A stretch of DNA of 64,000 nt, from contig MQRK01254417.1 in assembly GCA_001938485.1 (NCBI GenBank), positions 54,283 to 118,282 of the forward strand, written 5' to 3'. Source of the DNA: Girardia tigrina. Lineage: Eukaryota. Below, one piece after another: positions 11,425 to 24,100 of this stretch. Below the pieces are notes generated by a model, which saw only the letters and a program-made list of their open reading frames with translations, did not search any database and was not told the DNA's origin. The stretch's first letter is position 1. Every line of letters starts with the position of its first letter. A program made the position numbers and the translations under genes.

Positions 11425-12712
11425 CTTTTTGCTAATGCATTCCAAACACGGCTCAAAATAGTCCTCACAAACAATCGCCAGACCGATAAACATGTAAATT
11501 GAGATTAACCCTTTGACTACCGAATTTTTGTTTGGAGATATGTTGATTTTATTGAAGTTTTAGACGTAACAAAGGTAATTCAGCATGAAAAAATTTTAAA
11601 AAAGAATTAGAAATATTTATTACACAATAGTTACAAAAATGAGATTTTTGAGCTACAAACAAGAGTTTTCAATGAATATTGCAGTATTATAATATTTTAC
11701 TGATTAGAATTGGTTTTTATCACTCATCTACATCAAAATGAAGCTTAGTGTGGTAAATTCGGAAACAATTTGGTATGCATAATGACACATTACAGTCAAG
11801 GTACATGAAATAATTTCGTTGTCGAATTTGTTTCGCACTACAAACAATACAATTTCTTCTACTTCGTTCTCTACTCTTTGGATCTTGTGGAGCATTGTCG
11901 GGAAAGTGACGAGCAACTAATCTCAAAGGTGTAGGAGCATTAGAAGGTCTACCAACTCTATTTCTCTCTGAAGGACCACATCTCTGAAGTATTTTATACC
12001 ACTTCAAAGTTTTCCTAATTGAAGCAGAGAATGATATCTGCATGTCAGTTTCATCAACAGCTCCCATTTTTTGCGAATATTCCATGACTAGAGCGGGCTT
12101 CATAATTTCTGTTCCGTATATTCTATCAAGTTTTCCATTGTTCAAGAAATTTGTACTATTTACAGTCGATAATATGTAGACATCTTGTTTGTCTTTCCAT
12201 TTCATTGCTAGAAGAGCTGAAGACGAAAACCATTGAACATCTCCTTTTCGTGATTTTCCAGTGAATTTTGGCAATCCTTTACGATTTTTTCTCTCTGTTC
12301 CATATGCTCCAGTTTTGTTCTGATGCAATAAATTGAATAGAATTGTACTAGAGAGCGAGAAAGCTGGACTAGAAAAGTTAATAGTAATATTTAGAAAAAA
12401 ACCGCATTAAAAAATTCCTCTTCGTTTAAAAGTTATAAGCCGTAAACCCATATACGGGTCTCCGGTAGTCAACGGTTTAAAAAAATGGAGAATGATCACT
12501 CCAGACCGTCGAGATTCCTTTGAGAAATCTCGAGGAAAATTATCGATGCTCCTCGGCGTACAATTTGGTATCACTGAGAGTAAATTTTGAGATTTATAAG
12601 ATTCGTTGTGATCGATCGATATCGGTTTGCCATTAAATTTAGAATAGATCAAAATTAAAACTCCAAAAGGGAAGAAAAACGTCCAAATGAAAATTCGAGA
12701 CAGATTGCACAT
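11425..12712 (-). pseudogene. Orphan N-terminal coding fragment of a K+-dependent Na+/Ca2+ exchanger (NCKX, SLC24 family), split by a piggyBac insertion
   Basis: Joining across the TTAA gives signal peptide...NCTPRSIDNFPRDFSKESRRSGVIILHF-LISIYMFIGLAIVCEDYFEPCLECIS, matching the NCKX TM1 region; needs a 1-nt correction in a T homopolymer. Confidence 0.8.
11509..12476 (-). mobile_element. Internally deleted piggyBac
   Basis: TTAA TSDs at 11505-11508 and 12477-12480, TIR CCCTTTGACTACCG / CGGTAGTCAACGGT; ORF 11720..12328 with GT.RKNRKGLP, KWKDK, MGAVD..D and C-terminal Cys-rich domain. Confidence 0.92.
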
Positions 12713-13419
12713 TCTGTTTGTCGTAGAACAGCAATTTCTATCAATTAAATTTTGTGGAAATTTTTTTAAGACGAAAATTCTATCTACTGTTACTAAATCA
12801 TTTTAACTGAATTTTTTAAGGTTGTTACAATATAATATTAAGTCACAATATATTAAGGTCATCACAATATAATTGAAGAAAATTTCAAAAGGAAATTTTA
12901 TTTTCAAAATAATCGTCTCAAATGCATTCAGCATCAAAAAAATTCATAATCAAAAATTTTCCAGAATAAACAGTAGTTAATTTATTTTATACGACCAAAC
13001 AAATTTTCAAGGTCACCCAAAAAAACTAATCAAAATAATGTTCCAAAAAAATAATTTTTTCAAAAATAATTATTCCCACCATAAAAAACACAAAAAAAAC
13101 AAATTTTGCACAAATTAATATAGTCGTCATAATAAAATTTCAATGAAAACGATTGTAAATTGGAGATGGAAAATTTTTTCGGGTTTCTTTTTTCGATGAT
13201 ATAAATAATGATAATAATAAATTACAAATTATAATAATTTTAATATTTGAATTCCGAACAATGGCACTGAACATAAATTAAGGAAGTCTCAGTAGTTATT
13301 AATCCATATTATGTAAACTTTTATTTCAAGATAAATTGCATAATAAATTATCATTACTGCTGAGTATGTATAAATGTTTTAGGTATTTTTATATTAACCC
13401 ACATGTAGTGTCCCTAAAA

Positions 13420-14050
13420 CTAAGTGTATTTTGCCATTCCTTATGACGAGGGCTTCTTGTTAAATTTAATGTTTTCCATCGTATAACGTAATATTCAAAA
13501 TAAATTATGGTATCATGGCAATGTCATCAATGTATTTCGTATTGTAAAGGACAAAAAGTGGCGTTTAAGGGGGCATTATATCTAAAAACCTTGATACTAC
13601 CTAAATTTCTAAAAAAACTTTTTAAATACTATTAACCCTTCAAAAAAGGTATTTTTATGATCTGGTTGTGGTCAGCAATGTTTTTTAAACCCTTCTTAAC
13701 TCTTGTATATGTACATGATTTGTTCAATGTTACCCTGATGTTGTACTCTTTTTATCCGTTTGTGAACATATTGTTTCTCAAGCGTTCTATACGAATATCC
13801 AAACCATGATCTGCGATTTAAAAATCAAACAGTAAATTACAACTCTGTGAACTAGGCTTTTTTTGTATCAAGATTTGCATATGTTTTATACCCCAAACAC
13901 AATCCCAAATCAACACAACATTAAAACACAAAACATTGTTCACATATGCATTTAACAGTTTGCATTTATTTCATAAAAATGTTGTTTAGTATATCTGAAA
14001 TGGTAAAGAGCTCAGGCTTACAGAATTCTTGTATACCGAGTAATCAATTT
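13420..14050 (-). mobile_element. Highly decayed Penelope-like RT thumb fragment
   Basis: 13705-13880 aligns by eye with 1810-1990 (SLVHRV...RNNMFTN vs VLVLRV...RGNMYTN). Confidence 0.5.
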
Positions 14051-14926
14051 GATACCGTTTAGTTAGTGTTTGCTAAAAAACGAGTCAAGACAATAGGAAA
14101 GCAACAAATATTAATTTTAAATTATTAAACATTAATGAAAAAAAGTCACTAAAATGTGTCGTACTCAATAAATAAGTGTACTCAAATTCTAATGATAGAA
14201 GTTTCGTCAAATAAGGTCAGAAAAGGATTAATTAAATTAATTTTTACGTTATTTTTTCTTAAACAAAACAATTTTTTCCTTTACCATGTAATCATTTATT
14301 ATTATCTGAGAAAGTTTCATCAGATGTCCTTAATATTGTGTACATGTAATTTGTAAATAATTTTAAACATTTTACTTGTAACCTCTAAGTCGAACTCAAA
14401 ATGGACTATTGTGAAATATGAAAAATTATGACATAACATATTCCGGGATTATCGAGTTGGTGTATTACATAATCCACCTGTAATCTATGCATCAAATTGT
14501 TTCAATAGTTACTAAATTGTACTCAAATTCTAATGATAGAAGTTTCGTCAAATAAGGTCAGTATAGAATTAATTAAATTAATTTGTAAAAAATATCAAAA
14601 TCTTCTCTTTACACTTCCAAAATAAATTAAGTTTTTGGGTGCAATTTACTTTTCTCAAATTTCTTAACATTTTCACTACGAATAATTGTAGAACATTTCA
14701 TCATGGGACGATTCATCACACTTCTATTTATTTTGTGGACCATTCATTGCCAAATTATTCATACCTTTTGGTTAAATATTGAATTAAACGAAGAATAATA
14801 TTTTGCATTTAATTTTTAAAAAAATTAAGGTTATTTGATCGGATTTAAATATGAAAAATTTTTATGTAGTAAGTTGTAGATAAATGTTATTCATGAACCA
14901 TATATCATTACGTCCAACTTTATATA

Positions 14927-16395
14927 CAGTCCGTCGCATATTTATTAGAACGGTTGAAATTTGATTGAAATATTTGAATTTTAAATTTTTGAATAAATAA
15001 TTATTTCAAGGTTAAATATATTTTAAATTTAACAAATTTCATTTACAGGTATCTTGTTTTAATAATATGTTTAAACGTTTATTATTTAAATTCATTTCAT
15101 ATTTATTAGAACGATTTTATATTTAATTTATTTGTAAATATTCTTTGTGTTTATGTTATATAATTCAGGTTAGATGTATGATTTAAATATTTTTATTTAT
15201 TTTAGAAATTATTATGAATCATAAAATTGAAATATTAAGAGATAGCAAGCTGGAATGTCATTTGAAAAATTAGCTAAAAAATATGGAATAGTAAAGTCAG
15301 ATGCCCATTATATTGTTAACTCTAGTGAAAACGAAAAAAGAAAGACTGGACCAAAAGAAAAATTAACCAAAGGCGATAAACGAAGGATCCAAACCGTTCT
15401 CCAAATGAAGGCTACCGAAAATGCTAAATGTTCAAGTAATGACCTAATAAAAGAGTTAGATTTGGCAGTTTCAAAAAGTACGGTTTGCAGAACACTGAAG
15501 TGTTTAAATTTCAATTATTAAGATTTGCCGTCAAAATTTTGTCTTAGTAAAAAAATGAAGCAAAGATGAGTTGAAGCAGTAAAGCGATATATTGTAGACG
15601 GCATAAAATGGGAACGAGTGGTATTTTCTGATGAGAAATTGTTTACTCTTCACGGATGTAACTCTTTTTATTCCTGGGTTAAGGGAAGTCAGTCACCACA
15701 ACGTGTACGAAAGGTTTTGCGATCATCGGGACATATGGTGTGGGCATTGCTAATGCCGAATGGCTTATTATCATATACCATAATGAATGGTCGACAAAAA
15801 ACCGAGGATTACATTTGAATATTATCGAGCCGAGCATTAAAAATCATAGAGCTCAACTTGGGCAAAGATTTTATATTCCAATAAGATAACTGCCCAATCC
15901 ATAAATCTGCTCTAGCCAAAAAATTCTTTAAAGATTCCAAGGTGACGCTTTTAGATTGGCCGCCATATAGCCCAGACTTGAACCTAATCGAAAACGTTGG
16001 GGCAATATTATCACAAGAGATTTATGGTTCAGGAACAATAAAGAATTTAAAAGAATTGGAATATAAATTAAAGCTGGTTATTACCAACTTTAACGAAACC
16101 AAAGGTTCCGTAACCGAAAACCCTATATAAATCGATTCCTGCGCGACTCTGTGAGTACTTCAATGCCACGGAGAACGCATCAAATACTGACATATCAATA
16201 TTTACTTTTCGTTCTAATAAATGTGAAATAGTATATTTCTTTATTTTATATATCATCTTAAGATTATGCACTTTTCAGAAAATTTATTTTATATATTGAT
16301 TACATGATAAATATATCAGTAAAACGTTAATTGTTAATAAAAATTAGCAACTGCTATCATATATTAGACCGTTCTAATAAATATGCGACGGACTG
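14927..16395 (+). mobile_element. Full-length inactive Tc1 (DD34E-type) transposon
   Basis: TIR CAGTCCGTCGCATATTTATTAGAACGGT at both ends, TA TSDs; VFSDEK, DNCPIH, WPPYSPDLNLIENV motifs with internal stops. Confidence 0.92.
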
Positions 16396-17639
16396 TATTT
16401 AAAAAAGGAAGAAATGAAATAAAAATAATAATAAATTTATTAAGAGCTATTAAAACCAGTTATTGCTTATAAAAGCGTCTAACGATTATATCTATTGTAA
16501 CTTTGATCTGCTCTTTAAGTTGTAGATAATTTTCCCTCGACATTTTTGAGCTCCGTGCTAACAGTTTTTATTATTCCTTCAAAAAAGCCCATAATGATGG
16601 TTTAAGAAATGGTTGAAAGCTGATATTTCATCATTGTGAAATTTTGGTTGCAAGTACTATACCGTTATTGATGATCCATGTTTATTTTTAAAACTGGAAG
16701 GAAATAAAGAAATTATGTTACATTCTCCATGACCAAAGAATCGTTTTCTTCATCTATATTTTCACTAGAAATAGGTAACCAAATCCTCTATTCCAAAATG
16801 TCGTGTTATTCATGCTGTGTTATATTTATAGTTAATTCATAAATGCTTCCGGCACCTTTTTAAGCGGCACCTATGCTAAAGCAGAAAGGTGTCTTATCTT
16901 ATTGAGTTCTTCATCATTTGCTTCATAAAAGTATGCAATTTAGGTTCTTTCACTTTTCTTATAAAAAGCTAGTAGAAATGAAAATTTCAGCGTAAATCAT
17001 CCAGAATAGTTATTTCAAAATCCTTAAGCCTTAGTTCTTTAATTGAATCTACTGTAGTAATTTCAAAAAATTTCTACTGTTTCTGATTTCCGTGAGTGCT
17101 AGTGTAGCGTAATTAAAAGCCGGTTTAATATAGGAAACTCGTTCATGAAATTTCATTTTAAGAGATACATAATTAAGACGTGGATGTAACCGATTGATTG
17201 TCGACAAAGTACATCCAAATTGTTCTGTTTTGTTTATGTTTTCGTAATTGAAAATACCACAAGTAATGTTTGACGTTAGAGAATAAATTGAGAAATTTTT
17301 GCTGTGTTCAGAGCAATCCTGATAGTGGTCATATCGTGCAGAATCTGGACTTCAAACTGAGGTATTTTATACACTGTGCTTGATTTGGGATAAACATGAC
17401 ACACAGATTGTAAAGAGCACAATTGGATGATTCATATCAATACTAGTTTTCCGACCCAAAATCTGAATAAAATAATTCGGATCCGCGAATACATATTAGT
17501 GATTGAGCCTTCATAATAGAACTACAAGTAAAATAGACAATAGATATCTAAAAGTTATCTGACGTCGATATTATTGCTACAATGCCTCAGTCTACTACTT
17601 ATCCACACTTATTTTGCATTGACTACATAAATACTACAT

Positions 17640-19100
17640 GGCTTGTCTTACCAAATTTTAGTATCACTAACAGATGACGGGCGCAAATACCGATAAGTAA
17701 CCAACACGAAAGAGAAGACCAAGTCAAATTCGAGTCAACAGCATCCTACTCTCATACCCTGTGGATTTATTGCACCTCCTACTAAAAAGTGTTACATTGA
17801 AATACCCACTTTAAAGAAATCCATTTTAACACTTGCATATAGTCACCATATTCTACCTCTTCAATTATTTGAAGATCCCATCATTTCCAAAAGCTTTGGT
17901 CTGAAATTCATCAGTTGTCATGATGTTCGAAATGGATTGTGGAAAATGGCAGTTTAAAAAAGAAGCTATTAAAAGTGATTTGATGCACAAACATCGTGGT
18001 GAGTGGGCATCCATTGTGTTAGATGCTTGGAAAAATCATGTATCCCACCACAAAAATTTAACCATCTTATATTTTTATCTAATGAACCCTCCGAACCAGT
18101 ATTTTTGCAGAGTTTCTTGTTACCTGACAATAGTGCACTGTCTATTTCAACGTGTGTATTTGATTTAGTGGACAATTTGGATTATTTTGATATCAAGGTG
18201 ATTAGTGCCAGATGTATGGTTGCCGCAATTGAGCTCGTATTTTAACAGTCTCATACCGTGTTGCCCCTACTATGTGCTGCTCACACAAGCAACCTTATAA
18301 TTAAAAATGCTTTGAAACATGTTGAGTTCATTAAAGTTAGTTTTAAAATACTCTTGGTTCACATTCAGAATTTAATTTAATTTAATCGCACCTCTTAGGT
18401 CGAGTTAAATCAAATTATAAAGCGCTATTGTGAGACCAGATGGAACAGTGTCTTTGATCGTTTTATAGATCTGTCGAAATACCTCCGGACTCAAGACGGA
18501 TCATCCAATTCTGATTTACTTGTTCGCATTGAGACCACAATAGTAGATTTGTCTCCTTTCATTGATGTACTCAATGTTGCTCAAAAGGACGGTTGTGATT
18601 AGCTGACGTTGCACAAAGAGTTCTCCAAAGCAGTAGCAAAGACCTCTGAATCTAGTCTGGACAACTTTGTAGTGGTGGCTAAAAATTGCAGACATTTACT
18701 CTTGAATACAGTTGTTCACCTTGATATGTTCGTGAATGAGCAAAAACAGTTATCTGAATCTTCTAAAGGTAGGCTTAATAAGTTATTCAACGCTCTTAGT
18801 TCCTGAATTCCATTAATACGTTTGCAATTGCAAATTTCATGCAATTGCAATCACTCTGAAGTGATTACGTCTATTTGTGGAACATAAACTCAAGATGATA
18901 CCAGTATCTGAGGCAGCTGTGGAGAGGTGTTTTAATGTCCACAAATTTATTCATTCTCCTTTCTGAGCGAGCAGGTCGAATGAAGTTGAGCGTCATATTC
19001 TTTTTATTCGATATAATCACTCTTAAATATGAAATTTTCTCTCCATCAATTATTGAATATCACAGTGAATTTGATTGTATGGCCATTTTTGTGGATGATG
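17640..19100 (+). mobile_element. Decayed hAT-like transposase
   Basis: SIVLDAWKN, CAAHTSNLII, YCETRWNS, PVSEAAVERCF motifs in shifting frames; ends not located. Confidence 0.7.
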
Positions 19101-19665
19101 GCAACAAGTGAAAACGTTTTTCTTTGTACATTGATTTTGAAATATAAAAATTTACACTTAATTATTGTTTGATATGAATGTATTAATATTATTAGGAAAT
19201 CTATTATTGAAAAACATGATCAAAATGGCGTAAATACTAATCAAACACATGCCAGGACTTAAATAAATTCAAAATCAAAATGACAGCATCCAAATAATTT
19301 CAAATTCTGCCGATGTACGATGAATAAAATGTAAAAGTATCTTTTACAATGTACACATATAGAATTCTATAACGTCGAATAAATTTATCAAATAATTACC
19401 ATTGCATTCATTGTATTTATAAAATAACTCGAATACAAGGTATTCGAGTTGAATTTCTACTTTCTGAGCTACTTTCATACCTTAACTTAAGGTAGACGTT
19501 CTTGATATATAATAAAAAATATGATGCGTTGTTGAAATATACGTATGTATTTTCTAGAACAAAATACTTTAGATATATAAAAATTGGTTTTAAATTATTT
19601 TTTATTTTATATCTTTTATTTATATGAAGTTAAAATTCCAAAAATAGTAATCTTAATGTCTTCAG

Positions 19666-19793
19666 GATGTGACCGAAGTTGGTCGGGGACCCTCACAAGA
19701 TATTCAGTTACATGGCCTTGGCATCCAAGAGAGGCATTGTATATTCGAAATTCATGATAATGAAGTATTTTTAACTCCGTTAGAAAATGCAAG
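19666..19793 (+). CDS. KIF13: KIF13 exon, FHA domain first half (DVTEVGRGPSQDIQLHGLGIQERHCIFEI...)
   Basis: ttcag acceptor, GTATTT donor at 19794, FHA-like GR..DIQL.G..I...HC. Confidence 0.93.
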
Positions 19794-21162
19794 GTATTTA
19801 TTTTATTTAATTACATATTTAAACAATAACTATAAATTCATGATTTACACTACTGATGTCAAATACTTTTAATTTTTTTAAGTTAAAAAATATAGGTAAA
19901 ATCAACTTTAGAGTTAAAAAAAAACTATTTGGAAATGTTTAATTAATAATATTTCTGTGTAACTCCATAACTTTTATTCCAAATATATGAAGAACTTTAA
20001 CACTAGTGGTGCTCGAGAAAAACCAATAGAAAAAACTAGTAAAAAACTATTGCCTTTTGTTTATCGTATTATATGTGTTAAAAAATTCTGTGTAATAGAG
20101 CTATGTCTAAATGGTAGTTATTTAACTGAATGCATGTATTTGACACGAAATTGAAATGTAAAAATTATTATCGAATAAAAAATGGAGAAATATCATTGAG
20201 CTTTATTATTCTTGCGACTTCATTATTTTTGGATACGAAAAATGGCTTTGAAGATTAACAGAAAATCCGCACCATTGGCGGAACCGATCCGACGGAGTGC
20301 GACGCCGGAACCTCTCCATACGTGGTACACTAACGGCACGCGTTGCTTCATCAACGAGACTGTCCGGTGTTGTGAGAGCGGATCAAGAAGACCCCTCACG
20401 ATTCCAAGTGGACCCACTGCCCCACATTTGGCGGTGAACGACGGAGAACAGGCGACGGGCTCTCGACATGCAGGGATCACGACCGACGGTGAAGCGGTCT
20501 CTTGTTCTTTCCCACCGTGAAACCTTCGCACAAATAAGATGTGCTGGCTATCCCTGCTCAATCCGATGGTCGTCACATCAACATTATTTTAGAATTATTA
20601 ATTTAATAAATATTCACATTTCACATTAAATCTAAATTTTGTATCAAGTTATTAATAAATTATTAATGAAAAACAATTAACTAATTGAAATATAATTTTA
20701 CAAATAGAAGATTATTTTCTTTAACAAGAGAGTGATTTAAATAATGCAATATTTTAATTCCATCTATTATTAATGATGGCATAAAAGATTATTTTATCAT
20801 TTTTATCGTTATAATTTATTTAGCTGACTTTTCTGAGTAATGTCAGACATTTTAATATCTATTTTTTAAAAAAATATTTTCGTATTTATCTGACAAACTT
20901 TTTAATTGTAAATATATATTAGCACTTACTGCACATGAAATTCTGCCTAAATACACTCGTTTTCCAGCATCATTTGCATAATATAAAAGTTTATAAATCT
21001 ATTTTGAAATTTTATAAATTATAGTGTAGAAAATTTGTGACTTATTGAGATAGAAAACATATCAACCGTTTTTTACATTCCTAAAAACTTTAAATAGATT
21101 TACTCGTAATCAGTCTTTAAGTAAGTTTTTATAGGAAGACAAGGAACCCAATTTTGCTATAA

Positions 21163-24100
21163 CACTGCACAACAAAATGACAACTTTTGTCTGATGAGTG
21201 ACTTTTATCACGAGATGTTTACTAATTTGAGGTCGCTGATTCTAAAAATATCCTCATTTGTTTTGTAACAGATCTTATTTATGACTTATAGCGTTCACTT
21301 AAAATTCGGTGTTTTATAATGTTGATTTGATGATAATTAATTTTTACTTGCAGATTTCTTAGTATAATCTGATATGGCATCGCCAAGACTAGTTTGTGTG
21401 AATAATCCGAATCATTTTTGTTTCATTTGTGCAGAATATATGTTTAAAGAATACCATGTAAACATGACAGCGTTAGTAAAAGAAGCTTACATGAATTACT
21501 TTGGTAACCCTCTAGAAAGGGTTAATTGGGTTCTGCAAAAGTTATGCAAAACGTGCGTTGAGTTTCTTCGTTTGTGGACAAATAAGAAAAGGAATAAATT
21601 TAGGTACGAAACTGCTATGATCTGGAATGAACCTGTGAACCACTACGACGACTGTTATTTTTGTTCTGTGAACATAACTTAGGGAATGACGATGTATCGT
21701 TTAACGATGAGTCGATGCATCATTAACGATGCTTGTTTCGATACATCGAAAAACCTTCATCGTTAAATGATGCATCAAACGCCTGCATCGTTAAACAAGG
21801 CATCGAAAAATAGCATTTAAATATAAAGCAGTTAAATTCAAATCTAAATTTTTATTTGCTCATTGATATTTGCTATTGTGTTACAATAATGGCAAAGAAA
21901 ATTTACAAAAAAAGATAACAAGAAAATATCAAATTTTTGGAAAATTGAATCAAACTATAACTTGACTATAGTTGGAGTCAAACTATCCCGCTGCCACCAT
22001 GTTAGGTTGGGAATTATCTTCCATTCTAAATCAAAACAAATTAAAAACTTGCAAAATTTATTAATCTAAAACAGTTTAAATTTGTTATTTAAACAAATTT
22101 TCTTTTTTTTATTTTCTTTTTTTTAATTCTATTTTCTATTATTTTTTTTAATTTCAATTATAATTCGAAATTTTTAAAAACCAAAATTCTTATTTCTGAA
22201 AATTAAAAAATTAACAACAACACTCTCTTACGGGTACATTATTCATTTTCTTCATCTGTCTTAAGTTCTATTTTATATAAACAAGTTTTTCAACTTTGGA
22301 TGCTGACAAATTCGTTCTTCTCTCACCACATATTTCCAGCTGTGGAAAACACTCGTTCAGAGCTGGAGGAAGCTGCTGGAATCGCCCATAGTCTTTTTGC
22401 GAAGCGAGCAAGTTTCGGATAATTAAGTGCTTGATTTTTCCTGTAACGAAGTCTGTCACCATTATCGGCAATCGGTGTTGTTGTTAAATAGTTTTCTAAT
22501 TCCGCCTTGATTTCCGCCATCAATGGGTCACCCCTTCCGGGTTTTCTACCACTTTTCCAAAATTTTGAACCTTCAAACTGACGGAAGACCTTCTTATGTA
22601 CGCAGTTTTTGAGCTTTTTAGTGGCTGTGTGCGTGTGTTAGTGTCTTTTTGTATGTCATCAATGGAGGATTGTGATGTGTGGGGTGAGGGGGTGTTCTTA
22701 AGTTCGGCCTTGTACTGTTGAACACAGCTTCCTGCAGGGATACTTTTGTCATGTGGTACCTTTGCCCAATGCCATGTAATGTTGATCCTTGTGATACCTC
22801 ACTTTAGGGTGATCAGAATGTAATCGATTTTATTTTTTTTTGTCTCTGTATGAGGTCTGTGTTTTATTTTATCTTTCTTTTGGTTTGTGTACTGAGTCTG
22901 AGTCGATATTGTTTTACGTGTATATAGTTGTACTGGTTCAGGATGTGTGGTTTGCTTGTGGTTATATTCTTTATTTTTGAACTCTCCATCTCTCAAGAAA
23001 GAAACTATGATTTTGAGACGTAAACGACGACAAATACAACTTGAAAAATCTGAAACTATTAGAACTGTCATTAATAACTTGCGGCTGAAAAAGAAAATTA
23101 TTACTAAAAGAAAATATGACAATGATGCAGATATTGTTCATCAAGAATTCCTCGGCAAATGCTCTGTATTATCAAGGTCCATGGTTGTCAAGTAGAAGTA
23201 ATGACATATAACTTGGCCGAAGAAGGCTCTGATCATTTGACAAATGCAATGGATAATATTTTGAAAAATAACAATATTCAGATGATGACTTCTTTTATTT
23301 ACCAAAAACTTGGATTATTTTATGAATGTTCCAGTAAAAGTTGTCTGTCATTAACAAATTTGTACACAGTCAAATCATATCTATACAACGCACAACACGT
23401 GAAAGTGAAGTCGAATAATCCTACAATCAGAGAGATAAACCGTGAAAGAAAGTCTAGTGGCACTCCCAGATCATTTTTTCCATCAGGCAGTTTTACAACT
23501 AAAGCATATACTCAAAGTAGATCTTCATCGAAAAAAAACATTAGTAATAAGCAATTATCAATAAATATTAATATATCTCGAAGGTATCAGGATGCTTATA
23601 CAATATGTAACCTATCTGAAATAAAGAAGTCCGACAATGTCAGTGATATTATGCAACAACATGCAATTCAATTTTGGAATATAATAATAATCTGAAAATA
23701 ATCTGAAATAAATCAATAAAATAAATCAATCCAGAATTAAAAATACTTAATTACCGTGTCAAGTTATGAATTAATTACATTTTTTTGATACCAATAAAGA
23801 ATATTATTTTTAACGGACTGGTTCGTTTATTTATTTATTTTTTGTTATCTTTACTGACTTTATCAATTGTTGAATCGTTTGTCTATAAATTAAACTAATC
23901 CCACTGTCAAGGACTTGTAGTGTTAGTTTAATTTAGTAATAAATTTATTTTTATGGTAAAGATAGAAATATTGGATTACTTATTGCGGAATCTAGTATTT
24001 TTATAATCCTTTGTAATGTGGATCCAACATGTTTGCATTTGCGTATTCTAAAACCTGAGCTCCACATTCGGGAAATCTGTCATTCATTTCCGAAAAGTAA

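Noticed and set aside
21191-21218. CTGATGA-GTGA-ctttta-TCAC-GAGA hammerhead-like motif
   Set aside because: The GAAA box is broken, stems I and III are absent, and it lies in the Chapaev3 terminal region; probably chance.
21686-21810. Clustered CGATG/CATCG repeats as a novel regulatory array
   Set aside because: They are mirrored at 25420-25510 and are ordinary hAT subterminal repeats.
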